A stretch of 63,845 nt of DNA. Source: Chlorokybus atmophyticus (lineage: Eukaryota > Plantae > Mesostigma and Chlorokybus algae). Location of the stretch: assembly GCA_009103225.1 (NCBI GenBank), contig RHPI01000818.1, positions 248,001 through 311,845 of the forward strand, read 5' to 3'. The position numbers and the translations under genes are program-made. The notes under the pieces are model-generated. The model worked only from the letters and a program-made list of their open reading frames with translations. It searched no databases and was not told where the DNA came from. Shown here in pieces: positions 49,779 through 61,929 of this stretch; position 1 is the first letter of the stretch, and every line of letters starts with the position of its first letter.

Positions 49779-51372
49779 TTAGTTGTCTTCATCATAGTCA
49801 GAGTCGCTGTCATGGTTGCACAGCCTGCAGCTGCACTGCACAGGATAAGTGGCTGTTGTGCCTCCCGGCTCCCGCGTGCAATAGACGTCACCGCTGGCAG
49901 CCTCCTGAAGCAGCTTTTCGCGATTGTCCCACAAGTCCGTTATGCGGCACAGTGCAATGGCTGCATTGGGAAAGATGGACGCCAGGCGTTCTGTCAACTC
50001 CACAGGTGTAAACCCGGATAACTGGGGGTGTACACCAGCGCACAGCACGATGCGAACTGTCTTTACTTGCGGCATGACGATCGGGCCAGGACCTTCTATA
50101 TCCTCAGCCTCTTCATAGTCAGGCTGGCAAACGTCCTTGCAGAAGTTGAAGTAGGTGTCGTTCCATCCAGAGTCCACAATGCAGATGAGGGTCTCCAAAT
50201 GTTGCAAGCGAGCAACACTGTGCAGCACGTCTCTGCGAAAGTGGCCTTTGGTGGGAGTCATTGCCAACACGCGCAGGTTGGGCATGTTGTGTGCTAATTG
50301 CGCGAGTTCAGAGGCACCAGCTGTTGCCGTGCATGTGAACACCTCCACACTCGTGCATCCTGCGCAGAGGTTGTCTCCGGTGGCGCAGCTGGTCAAGATG
50401 TTGCCGTACAGGTGAAGTTCTCTCAACTTGGGCAGCGTTGTGTGCGACAGCACTTTGTTGACATATTGCCATACCACAAAGTACGGAAACTCTGCAAACA
50501 CCGGCCAAGACGATTCAGCCAGCTTAACGGCAAGAGTTGTCAGAGATTGTTGGCTCAGCTTCATAACCAGCGACGCCACCAAGGTGCAGCATTCTCTCTC
50601 CTGCTTTTCATTTGCATCTTCATCCTTGTGTCCCTGTTACACAAGGCTGTGCTCAGTGCCGTACGCAACAAGTCCAGCTTAGCAGTCACGAAGCTTGCAG
50701 CACCTACTGCGCTTACTAAATCAGTAACCATGAGCTTCAGTTTCGTTACATATGCAATTGCCCACAGCTGCTTGCTATAGCAACACAACTGATTCATACA
50801 AGCTCGACTCGGTTCAATCCTCATTCAGCAAGCGCAGGGGTCCAGCTTCTTCCGGGCTCTAGTGTTGTGAGTAGTACTTTGGTGACAGCTGGTGATTGTC
50901 ACACACACCGAGCAGTTGTAGATGCACTGTGCAAACACATTCCAGTGTGTGCACTCACCCCTTCGAAGGCAAGCACGAGAGTTTCAAGCTGTGTGATGTG
51001 CCGACTCATGGAGGCTGTATGTTTCATGAGTCTGGTAGCAAAAGCCTCGGTGACATCCAGCTGCTTCCAGGCATGGTAGCGTGCGCACAGGTCTCTGAAC
51101 AGCTTGCAGACAGAAGCCATCCTTGTGATGAACGCCCAATGCTCGAGGTCCTTGACCTCAGCAGCATGCACTAGGCCGTCTATGATCAACTCCCACACGG
51201 CTAACCCTGATTGGTTGGCTGGTCTCCTCGCCAACCAAGCTGCTGCCATGCTTCTGAACCTCTCCCAAATGTACTCCGTAGCCTCCTCGTCCTCCTCTTC
51301 TTTGGACACCACCTTTGGTGGCGCCTCCGCCTTGCGTTGAAGACGCTGACCACTCCAGTAACTGCCCGGCAC
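49779..51372 (-). CDS. F-box-like / leucine-rich-repeat protein, probably 3 or more exons; start uncertain
   Basis: F-box-like LAVWELIIDGL...RMASVCKLFRDLCARYHAWKQLDV. LRR-like LPKLRELHLYGN, MPNLRVLAM and LQHLETLIC. Plausible GT-AG introns restore the frame (GGG|gtgagt, TTA|gtaagc, taacag|GGA). Acidic C-terminus. Confidence 0.65.
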
Positions 51373-52290
51373 AGTGCGTCACAGCCAGGCACTGAGACAA
51401 GCTTGAAACAAGCGAAGTCATTCTCAGCATGCACGGCCATGCATAAAGAGACTTCGCTTCTGCTTTTGGCTATGCTGAGCTAGAGGCTGCTACGTACAGC
51501 TCAGAGGGCATGCCGACCCTAGCTGCCATGACAGGACCAGCAAGCGGCGCTACTGCCTAGCATGTCTGCTTGACCACCACTACGCCTAAGGAAACGTCAC
51601 TTCCCGTGCTTGGCATCGACAGCGTTGTTCGCCAGCGGCGGTCAGCATCAACAAGCTGCTGAATGCTTTTCGCAATAACAAAACCACGCGAGCATGGACA
51701 AGCGAGACCCTAGAGAGGCTGGCACACCAAGATTGATTTCAGCAAGGTGCTTAAACAGCTATGACCCCAGCTTCAGCAATGGCCACCACATAGCAAAGCA
51801 GGCACAGCAGTAGCGGTAAGCAACACGCACGCATGCAGTTACTTGTAGGCGGGCGCACCTGCTCCGCTTTCAGCTGCTTGACACCGCCTGCTGCTGCACC
51901 CAGCTCAGTCCGAGCTCATGCTTACCGCGACTGACACGGACCTCACTCGCATTGCTCGCCCGCATGCAGCAGAAGTAAACCAGCCCTGCTTTAACGCAAG
52001 CAGGTCTGTTTTACGTCCGCTGCGCCAGTGCTTCCAGTGACTCACAAACTTATGAACGATCAGCTAACAGTGGAGGGGTTCAACTCTGTCATGTTAGCTA
52101 ACTCTTACCAGTATGCACAGCTTCCCTTCCGTGCTTGTGGCGGGAGTTTGGCGCAGTGTGGCGTTGCCGTTGCGGCCGGCGGCGTAGGCGGCGGCGGCGG
52201 AGGTAGTGGTGGCCTTGAAGCAGGAGGGCGATGGTGTCGTGAGGTGGCTGCCGTGCCTTGTGAGGCAAGGGTAGGGCAAGCGGGAGCGGG

Positions 52291-53383
52291 ATGGAAGGAG
52301 GGGCTGACGGCAGAGGGCGGGCGCTGACGGTGCAGCAGGCTCGGGAGACACTGGACAGTGAGTTTATAGCGGTGGTGCTTGGGGTTTGTTGAACGAAGTG
52401 TGTGCTTGTGTGTTTTGTTTAAATCCACTGAACGCGGCAAGTTGTTAGTAATGTTTGAAAAAGTAAGCAATATTTATACATTGTGGCTGCACAGTTCTGG
52501 CTTTGCCAGACCGTGATTCATAATTGTTTGTCCAGTGCATTGTTGTCGGCCAGTCTGTACCAAGCACATATCACATGCAGTTCCTAAATGGCTGCGTTGT
52601 TGAGCGATTCACAGTATGCGTGTTGCACCGGCAGTTTTGCATCCGCCCAGTGAAATCTTCCGCCTCGTGTTGCACATCATGGAGTGACGATCATGCTTGC
52701 AGCAGAAGTAATCACCGCATGGTGCATACGCGTCTTATTGAGAAATTATCTCCATGCCGATAAGTGATACTGCATCAAAGCGCGCATGGCATTAGCAATG
52801 ATCCAGTCACACTCCACTACTATACTTAAAGAACATACAAAAGTTTGTTCACGGCACTAGTGTCCGGGTACCTGCTGCCTAATGTAATGTTGAAACACTC
52901 CACGGTACAAACACTCCATCCTGTCAATTCATGGTTAACCTTGATGGAGGTTGCACAACAGCCATAGGGTGTTTAGTCATACTGCAGTGGCCACACACCT
53001 TGTACAGTCTCACACTGGCAATGCTACCAACTGCGCTATTGCAATTGAGACTGCGTGGCACATTGTGTGACGCTTGCGTCATGTGTTGGCAGTTGCATAC
53101 GAGATCTCCAGGCTGCTAAACACCGGCCTCGACCGCGAGACGCTGTCCATCCTCATCGGGCTCTGCGAGAACGGCATCAACCCCGAAGCCCTGGCCGCTG
53201 TCGTCAAGGAGCTGCGCAGGGAGGCCAGAGCCTTGCAGGTAGGGAATTGGTGCCGATAGCCACTGCACAATTGCTTCATGATGTTGGCCTGTTGTTGCAA
53301 TGCAGTTGTAGTTATGTGAATGTAGTTGTGATATGTAAATGTGGTTTCAGCAGGCAGCACAAAAAGCCGCACGCGCGACATGA
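52291..53383 (+). CDS. MZT1: Mitotic-spindle organizing protein 1 (MZT1/GIP1), 3 exons
   Basis: Exons 52291-52357, 53093-53238, 53351-53383 give ...[50 protein letters not shown]...*, the MOZART1 signature. Confidence 0.95.
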
Positions 53384-53562
53384 GCAACGAGCACAGCACA
53401 AGCGTGGTATAGTAGAGACTGAGGTGGCCGCAAACATCTATGTCAAGGTAGACATACCTTCTTTAGAGCTCTTGAAAGCTGTACAGGCTTGCAGCATGTA
53501 AGCGACGCCGGCTGTATACTTTACAATATTCATATCCCTCTGCTTACATCAAAGGCACTTGG

Positions 53563-55127
53563 TTACATGCTAGTGCCTGAGGCAACTCGCGCTACTCTGG
53601 ACAGCTTGCGCGCATCATCCCTGTTAAAGAACTTGCCCTTCTCCTCCATGTAACCTTTCCTAATCTCCTCATGATAGAAGGTGAAGTAGAAGAGCAAGTC
53701 ATCGTAGCAGTGACACACGTCGTGGTGCGTGCTCTGATGTAGCTGCTTGCAAAAGAAGTAGATAGCTTCGACCTGCCAATGCAGCAGATTATTACACAAC
53801 TGGCAGTTGATAACATTCCTTGCCAATCGTTCAACAGATTTGCACAACCATGCCATGCAAGCACTCCGATCGTTGCCACTTGTGTAACATTCGCATCACT
53901 GTTGTGTTCACTGCTTCTGATGAGACATAACCGCATACCGTGGACACGCCTTCCTCAGTTACGCCACGTGTGTGAGGCCGCCAGAACGCAGTTCGTATGG
54001 GACCGCAGAGGCGCATTCGGGGGAACTTTCCTAGTCTGGGATCATCGCTTACGAGAGATCCTGCCTGCAAGTGCACATCAAGGGGGAGTGGCTCCATGTC
54101 TTGAACAAGTGTTGCAACTGACCTTCTTCCACTTTGAGTCCATTGCAATGATGTGCTTGCAAGTGCCTTGCGGCAGCTCAGCCACGGTGATAGAGTCGCT
54201 GGACGGGAACAGCAGGTACGTATCCTTCGGGTCATAATTGTCCACAGGGAAGCTGTCATAGTCCCAAACTTCAACCTGCTTGACATTGTGCTTAATAGGT
54301 AGCCTCCCATGTACTGTTAGAACCGCAACAACTGCGTTACCTGATGAGGGGCAAGAAGGCGAGCATGTACACCAGTGCTCATCGCGCGCACCTCGCGTGA
54401 GATCAGCACGTGGACTTGGCACGGCAGCTGCACGCATGGTATGGCACCCCCTGGCGTCATTGGGATGAGGCAGTCGTAGCAAAAGAAACGCCTGGACTTC
54501 TTGCATTGAGGGCAAGGCATCCGCTGCAAGTAGCATACTAAGTGTGGTTGTTGCGAGACAAGACGTAAAAACAGACTACGCACACGCATGCGCACACGTG
54601 TGCATGCTTGCGCATGTAAGACAATGGCTCACTGTGTGGGAGGACAACACCACAGACCACGTCGATAGAGGTGTTAAAGAACAAAACACTCACCTCTTTG
54701 CACGCCTGAAGAGGAGTGTGGGGGGAGATCTGAAGGCCCTGTGCATGCACTGGTACCTGGTGAGACACAAAGCGCGTGCAAGCAGACAGACATAACGCAT
54801 GCGTGTGAAGCTTACACGCATGCGTTATCACACGCTTGGACTCAAAATGTAGCTCAAGTTGATTGACCGTGTGCAGTCCACATTGCGCAGCAACTCAAAA
54901 GCAACAGAATGATTACGAGCTCGTGCAGGCAAGCAAAGTCAATTGGGCCACACCTCATGCAGCGGAGGCATCCGCCACTCAGGGTGGCGCAGGTTGATAT
55001 TCGGGCCACCCTCAGCGCCACCACCGCCGCCGCCGCCGCCTTCCCCCTGCTCCCCCCTGCCTCCCGCGCCTCCCCCAAGCCTGCGCTTGCGCTGCTGAGG
55101 CTGAGGGTGAGGCTGGACCTCCTCCAT
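53563..55127 (-). CDS. DTWD1: DTW-domain tRNA-uridine aminocarboxypropyltransferase, DTWD1-like, ~6 exons
   Basis: RMPCPQCKKSRRFFCYDC; STGVHARLLAP; TYLLFPS; IIAMDSKWKK (DTW-like motif); TAFWR; STVEAIYFF; YDDLLFYF. Confidence 0.9.
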
Positions 55128-55412
55128 AGCTGCCCCCTCGCGCGGCCCCTTCTCCACCAGCACCTGCACAACCATTGTTTCCTGGATCTCCTACTGCTCC
55201 TCCTTGTCCGCCGCCGCCGCCGCCACTGCCGCCGCAACAGTCTAAGCAAATTTCACCGGGAGGAAGCTAGTGCACCTCGCAGGCGGCGGCGGCGGCGGGG
55301 GACGAGGAGGAGCAGGAGGAGAAGGTGGTGGTGGTGGCAGTGGTGGTGAAGAACAGGCAGAAGGCCGAGCAGGAGCAGGGCCAGGAGGAGAAGGAGGAGG
55401 AGGTTTGTGCGG

Positions 55413-58400
55413 ATGCCTGCGCCTGGCAGGCGGAAGGGCAGGCGAGGTGGAGGCGGAGGAGTGGGTGCAGGCAGCACGTGGAACAAGGGGCCTGTGCTGC
55501 CGGCGGCGCTGCGTAAAGCGCTTGTGGAAGGGGAAGAGGCAGGGGAAGGCACTGCAGGGAGCAACAAGACATCAGGTACTTAGTTTAATCGTTGATAGAC
55601 AAGGACATGGAATATTGTGCGGGGATATGGTTTCAACCAATGCTGATCGCTGGTGTTGCTTACTTGAATTGGGTAATAATAACACATGCAGTTTGCACTT
55701 ATCACGTTTCAGTACAAGGTGCTAGCTCTATTCAACAATAAATGTTCCTAATGCTGTGCCTGCCCGCATTATCTCTGCATGTCACGCTATGCTGCTTCAC
55801 TTCACGATTGCAAGCACACTTACACAATGTAGTCAGTTGAACGTGGCTTGCCTCTGTTAGCATTTGCATGTACATCGGCTGTAAGCTGCTGCCATTGATT
55901 GTCACACTGTTGCAACCGCTTAGTCCCGAAGCTTAATGAGCAGCTCAAGTTAGGTTGGTCTGTTACACTGCTCATGCCTGATTGCTTGCGGTTATTTAAC
56001 TGCCCGTTGGGTGTTCTTACATTGGCAAAAAATGCCTGACGGAACAGTTCTTGTCACCTTTTTTAGAACAACCTTCTCCAACTCATGCGTGTTTGCAGCT
56101 TCAAGTGGGCAGCACTCCCGCAAACAGAAGCGGCTGCTTGCCAAACAGCTCAAGGTCGGTCTTGCGCAGTTGTTGTTTCAGTTAATGGAGAGTAAGACTT
56201 GGTCAGAAAAGACTCGTACCTATGCAGTCATTAACAGCATCTTTTTGTGCTCCTGTAATGCACTGCAGGTCCAAAAGCGACAGCAGCATCAAACAGCTTT
56301 GCGCGCTCGCAGCAATAAGCCACAGCCTTTGCAGGCAACACAACCGCAGGGTGCAAAGGCAAAACCCAAGCAGCAAAAGCAGTTGACACATCCATCATCA
56401 ACCAATGGCACCGCAAAGGCAAAACCGGCGGCACAGAAGAACAGCAAGCTATCAACAAAAAGGCCAAGGCCTAACCCGAAGCATCTCAGCGCTGAGGATG
56501 CAGAGCTCAAGCGGCTGGCGAAGAAGCTCAAGATCAAGAGCGGCAAGTTGACTGGACCGGATGACGGGCTTCAGGCCTTGCTCGGCGGCCTTGCGGGACC
56601 GGATTTGTCCGCTGAGGAGCTCAGCGGCCGTGAAGGTGGCTTGAGTGATGATGATGAAGAAAGTGGAGAGGACGGAGATCTTGACTCTGAGGCTGGTCTT
56701 TTTGATGACCGAGATGAGCTGCATGGAGATGAGGACGACGATGTTGGTCATGAAGTTGATGAAGATGAAGACGATGGCAATGAAGAGGAGGAGGAGACGG
56801 AGGCCAATGCAAAAGGCTCTCCTCCTAAGGGTGCTAAGGGCGCGTACGTCCCGCCTCATCTGCGGCAGTCACAAGTGGACACGAGCGAGGCAGCGTTGCG
56901 GCTTCAGCGTCGCGTGCGTGGGCTGCTCAACAGGTTGACAGAGGCCAACATCGAGTCGATCATGAAGGAGTCGGTGAGCTTGTACATGACAATGACGAGG
57001 CACAACGTGACGTTGGCCGTCACGTCCGAGATCATCTCGACCTGTGCCAGCGGCAATCGCGGCAATGATCAGCATGCGGCCACCTTCGCGGCCTTCATGG
57101 GCGCGGTCTCGGCAGTTTCCGGCTCCGACGTCGGCGCACAATTCGCTGCAGCACTCGCGGTGAGGCTGGAAGAAGCGGTTGCTGATGATGATAGCCTTGC
57201 CAGCCGCAACCTTGCAATTGCCGCCGCCCACCTTTACGTGTTCGGGGTGCTGGAAGCGGTGGCCATATTCAGCCTGTTGCAGGTGTGTGCGTGTGTGCTT
57301 GCGTGTGTACATGCGTGCGCTTGTGCAATCACACTTCAGTGGTTTCTGCCTGCTGTTCAGTTGATTCTGTTTGCAACTATGTATGCAGATGCTTTGCCAA
57401 CGATTTACCGAGCAAGATGTCTCCACGATAGTGGTCTTGCTTCAGTCTTGTGGCATGCAGCTGCGCGCCGAAGACCCTGCGGCCATGAAGGAGTTCATTG
57501 TGGCTGTGCATGCACGCGCTGCTGACCGGTAGGAAGGGGGGGGGGGGGGTGCATTGGCTACTGTTACTATTGATTGTGACAATGCCTCTAGCTTACCTGC
57601 ACGTTTGCATAGGCCGCAGGGGGAAGGTGCAATCAGCAAGCGCGTGCAGTTTATGCTGGATATGATTGTGGACATCAAGAACAACAAGGGCGTGGCTGCG
57701 CGCAAGAAGGAAGCTGCCGCTGTGGGCGCTGGCGCCCAGCAAGCGAAGCTTAAGAAGTGGGTGAAGGGCCTCGGGGTGTCTGAAGTGACGCTTCGGTCCG
57801 TCACATGGCAGAAGCTGCTGGAACCCAACAAGAAGGGCCGCTGGTGGCTGCCAGCAGCAGCTGGGGAGGAATTAGGTACATTAACCGCTTTGGTTGACTT
57901 GTGCTTCTGTGTGTTTGGTTCTGTGCGCGTGTGTGCGCGCCCCAGTGCTCTTGTGCTTAAGGCATGCGCACGTGTGTGTTAATGCAAGTCCTGCAAGTGC
58001 AGGCGCGTGCAGGAGAATATTCTCATGCATGCGCGCGTGCATGCATGCGTTTATGTGCGTGTTACCTTGCCAAACAATTCAAAGCCCAGGGTATGCTCTA
58101 TTCAGGTTACTCAACACTTGTTTGCCCGCACAGATAATTTTGCCGGCAGACCCCTTGTTGAAGACAACCAAGAAGGCGCTGAGCTCCTGCAGTTGGCGGC
58201 CCAGCAGCGCATGAGCACATCAGCAAGGAGGGCAGTGTTCTGCGCCATCATGGCTGCCGAAGACTACCTCGACGCGCACGCAAGGATACAGGGCCTTTCT
58301 CTCCCTGGCGCGCAGGCACGGGAGGTCCCGCGCGTGCTTGTGGAATGCTGCTTGCAAGAAGCCGCGTTCAACCCTTATTATGCTGCCCTCGCCACACATT

Positions 58401-59151
58401 TATGTCAACTTGACCACAATCACAAGGTGAGGTTACTCGTACCTCTTGTGCTGTTGTGTATGCAACTGCTTCAACCAAACATGGTATTGCCTTGTTGTGC
58501 AGGTCACTTTCCAGTACTGCTTTTGGGACCATTTCAAGCAGCTGTCGGGTATGGAACTGAGGCGTGCGGCGAACTTGGGCCGTCTCATTGCACACATGGT
58601 TGGGTCCTTTGCAATCTCATTAGCCGTGTTGAAAACTCAGGTGAGACTTGTGTGTGCTTGTCCAATGTGCCCCATGCAACCACTGCATGATGTTTGCTGC
58701 AATGTACGCAAGTGTATTGCATGCACCGTGCACGTGTTCATGTTTGGTGCAACGTGCGCATTTCTAACATGAGGGCGTTGCATGTGCACTATGTGCATAT
58801 GCAATGTGTGCAACTTGTTGAGTGCACTCATGCTGATTCCAACATGTGCATGCGTCACAGGACCTGGTTGACACTGTGTCCATGTCCCCGCGGGGCGTGC
58901 TGTGCTTCCGTGTGGTGTTTGAACATCTCCTCACCGACTACGACGATGAGACTGTGCGCGGCGTGTTCGGCCGAGTGGCCGGCCAGCCCACGCTGGCCCC
59001 GCTTCGCGACGGCGTGAGCGTGTTCATCATCCAGCACGTGCTCATCCCGCGCGTACTGCAGGGGCTGTCAAGCGAACAGGCTGCTGAGATGAAGCGCAGG
59101 TGGAAGCTTGGCAAAAAGGCCATGACGGATATCACGAGCTTCGGCCTGTGA
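55413..59151 (+). CDS. NOM1: Nucleolar MIF4G/MA3 domain protein NOM1/Sgd1-like, ~7-8 exons
   Basis: Basic/acidic N-terminus; KGAYVPPHLR; RRVRGLLNRLTEANIESI (MIF4G); SKRVQFMLDMIVDIKNNK; VTWQKLL..KKGRWWL; LAAQQRMSTSARRAVFCAIMAAEDYLDA; CCLQEAAFNPYYAAL; TFQYCFWD (MA3). Stop at 59149-59151. Confidence 0.93.
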
Positions 59152-60180
59152 TAAGATTGCGCTGTGCTGGTATGTGGCGAGAATGTCTCAGTTTTGTAGA
59201 GTTAGCATTCCTAGGGAAATGTCCCACCAGAGTACAAGTTCAAAGTGATTAGGGGTGGTGGCGTTAGACCCATTTAGTTGGAGGTTCAGCATGATTAACA
59301 TAAAATGCATATGAGTTGTACAGGCAGCAGTGACGTGGAGTAGTAGTATGCAGGTTCTGGGCGAGTTTGCCCAAAAAAAACAAAATTGCACAGTAATGTC
59401 CTCACCTTTGCAATCAATTTTGGGTGCAAATGCCAGTACACAGCGGCGACACATGTAGTGTGGGTGATATCGATAGCTACATTCATTCACCAGGTAACTT
59501 GTTATGGCATGAATTAGCATTATTGCCATGTTCTGGGGTCAGTATACAGGAACTCAGGTATTACGCTGTGTATGCATGTGCATGGAGCTAAGGTTGCTGT
59601 GAGCAAATGTGATGCATACAACTTTTGCATGAGATGGCTACTGTTTACATCGTTGCAGGCATAGTGTCAAGCAGAATGAGTTGAGAAAGTAACAGATTTG
59701 TTAATACATTTGTCATTTGCCAAACACTTCCATTCGACCAAGTTATTACACAATGTACTGGGTACTACAGTGACACTGAAGGGCAAGATTAGTTTTGTAC
59801 GTGCACTTACAATAAGTGACTGCATGGCCATATGTACATTACCACACGCATAGTATCATGTATTCTTGAATATGTCATACAATATTAACCTGCTGTATGC
59901 ATGTTCGTACAAAGTATACTAAACAGTTCCAGGCATTGTATGTGATTGGGTCGAGGCACAGTAGCCACCTAACTGCTTAAGAGATTCAAGGAGACTGATG
60001 TTGGTTTGTTTTGCAACAGACAGAGATAGACAGTTTTTCTTTACTTTCTTTACTCAACGGCAAAATTGTAAAACCACACTCGTTCTACTCTACAATAAAA
60101 ACTGACACTAAGCTACTAGATAGTACGTATATAGTACAGAGCTCGCTGTAGCCAGCAGCCACAGCACTGAGGGAAGTGGC

Positions 60181-61664
60181 TTAAAAACCAGACTGGGGGC
60201 CCAGCACGTTCACGAATTTGAGGTAGCTGATGACCTGGCCAATAATCCCATTGCCGGTAGCAGCCTCAGCGATGATGGCGCCAAGGAAACCAAGCATGGC
60301 CCACCGCCCATTGGTTAGCTCAATCTGCTTGGCATACTGGAAGAGGACACATGCATATCAGCACATACGCAAAAACCTTGACATACATGTAGACTGCTTT
60401 ACTGACATGCAAATACTGTTTACTTAGCACACAATCTCACCTTAAACGTGATCTGGGCGTCACGCTCAGCATACGAAGTGTACGCCTCCTGTTCCCTGAG
60501 TGAGCTCTCGCTTGTGCGGGGCCACACGCTCTTGTCACTACCATCAGGCGCCACGTTGAAGTCACCCGCCGCCTTCATGCGCTGAGCTGTGTCCTTAATC
60601 TACAAGACATTAAACTTTTTTAATTCACAACCCACCATGCACGAGGGAAATGCAGGGAAGAGCAATAATGCGGCAATAGTTCAATAATTCCCTACCTGGT
60701 TTTGGTTGTCTGGGGCGGTGAAGTCACCCTTCTGCTTGATTTCAGCGGCGGTCTTGTCTGCGGCATTAACATCAGTGGGCGAGAGGACGGCGTCGGCGGG
60801 TGCGTTGAGTCGTGCGTCAGCGATGGCCTTGAAGTCGTCCGGGGAGGTAAAGTCGCCCAGCTTTTTCAAACGCTCCTCCTCCTCAGCCAGGTTCTTCTCC
60901 TCGTTCTCCAAACCGAGGAGACGCTTGTACCTGGCTGCCTCAAGAGGCTCCATCTGACCACCGGCGGCACGAGTCACGGTCCAGTAGGACGCCAACAATG
61001 TGCTGCCACCAGACAACAACACCTGCACAGAGGAGGAAATTTATGTTAGTCTTGTGCTGAGATATTAAGCTACGACAGTTTCAGACATTGCTTATGGACC
61101 GACTTTTTTACCAGTGTAATGAGGAGGTAAAAGTTGGGAGTCACGAGACCAATCTGTTGGAGGATGGGCTTGCCAGTGAGGTACTCCTGGGTGAGACCTG
61201 TGAGGAAGCCCATCATGGCCAGGCGGCCGACCCACAGCTCAGCGAAAGGCTTGAAGCCGAAGATGCCCTCCCCTGTCGGCAAGCCAATGTTCTCCGCCGC
61301 CTACACGCAGATACTTTTGAGACGATGGCATTTGCAACACCAACAACAATGCTTGACTCTCTTCAACCCAAGTGCCTGCAAGCACGTGTGCTATGGCTAT
61401 GGCACAATGTACTATTTCAATTACCAGCTCTGTGGGTGTGAGTGGCTTGTCGCTCTGTGAGGTCTCATTGGGCTTGGTCTGCATGGCGGAAACCAAGAGA
61501 GGAGAGCGTGCCTTCCCAGCAGCACGCCATTGCGAGCTCCTGCGGCTGCCTGCCACAGCTGGCACAACAGCCCTCATCAACCCCAAACCGGCAGGCACAG
61601 CCGCCGCCGCCCTCAAGCTGGCAGACACCCTCACTGATGACGCCGAAGTCACCGCCGCCGCCAT
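60181..61664 (-). CDS. LHL4: LHC-like light-stress protein LHL4-like, 5 exons
   Basis: Transit peptide MAAAVTSASSVRVSASLRAA. Two LHC motifs: FGFKPFAELWVGRLAMMGF...EYLTGKPILQQIGL and YAKQIELTNGRWAMLGF...EAATGNGIIGQ. Long hydrophilic linker with repeated KxxGDFT. Ends LGPQSGF*, as I recall for algal LHL4. Confidence 0.8.
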
Positions 61665-61879
61665 TGTGATAAGCTCACAACTGAGAGTATGCACTCGATG
61701 CTCTGTAGCAGTAACGAAGATGCACGCCAAGAATGCTCTTAAGGATGCCGCAAGCCACACAACCGCCAGTGACAAGGAGATGACTGCCACTCATGCACAG
61801 CTAGATAGTGTAATGCGTATATATACCTGTTTGCCAGCATGGCAGCTTGGGAGTGTTCGATCCAGGTCGAAAGGTGTGC

Positions 61880-61929
61880 GACGTGGCCGATTGTGAGCAG
61901 GCTATGGTGCAAGTTTAGGCGGCCACGTT
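61880..61929. promoter_or_regulatory. Pair of ACGTGGC (bZIP/HY5-type) elements upstream of LHL4
   Basis: GACGTGGC at 61880-61887 and GCCACGTT at 61922-61929, inverted, 216-265 bp upstream of the ATG. Confidence 0.35.

Noticed and set aside
57536-57549. Poly-G/poly-C tracts (also 1075-1210 and 63811-63829) as functional G-quadruplex elements
   Set aside because: Simple homopolymers of uncertain assembled length; no evidence of function from sequence alone.
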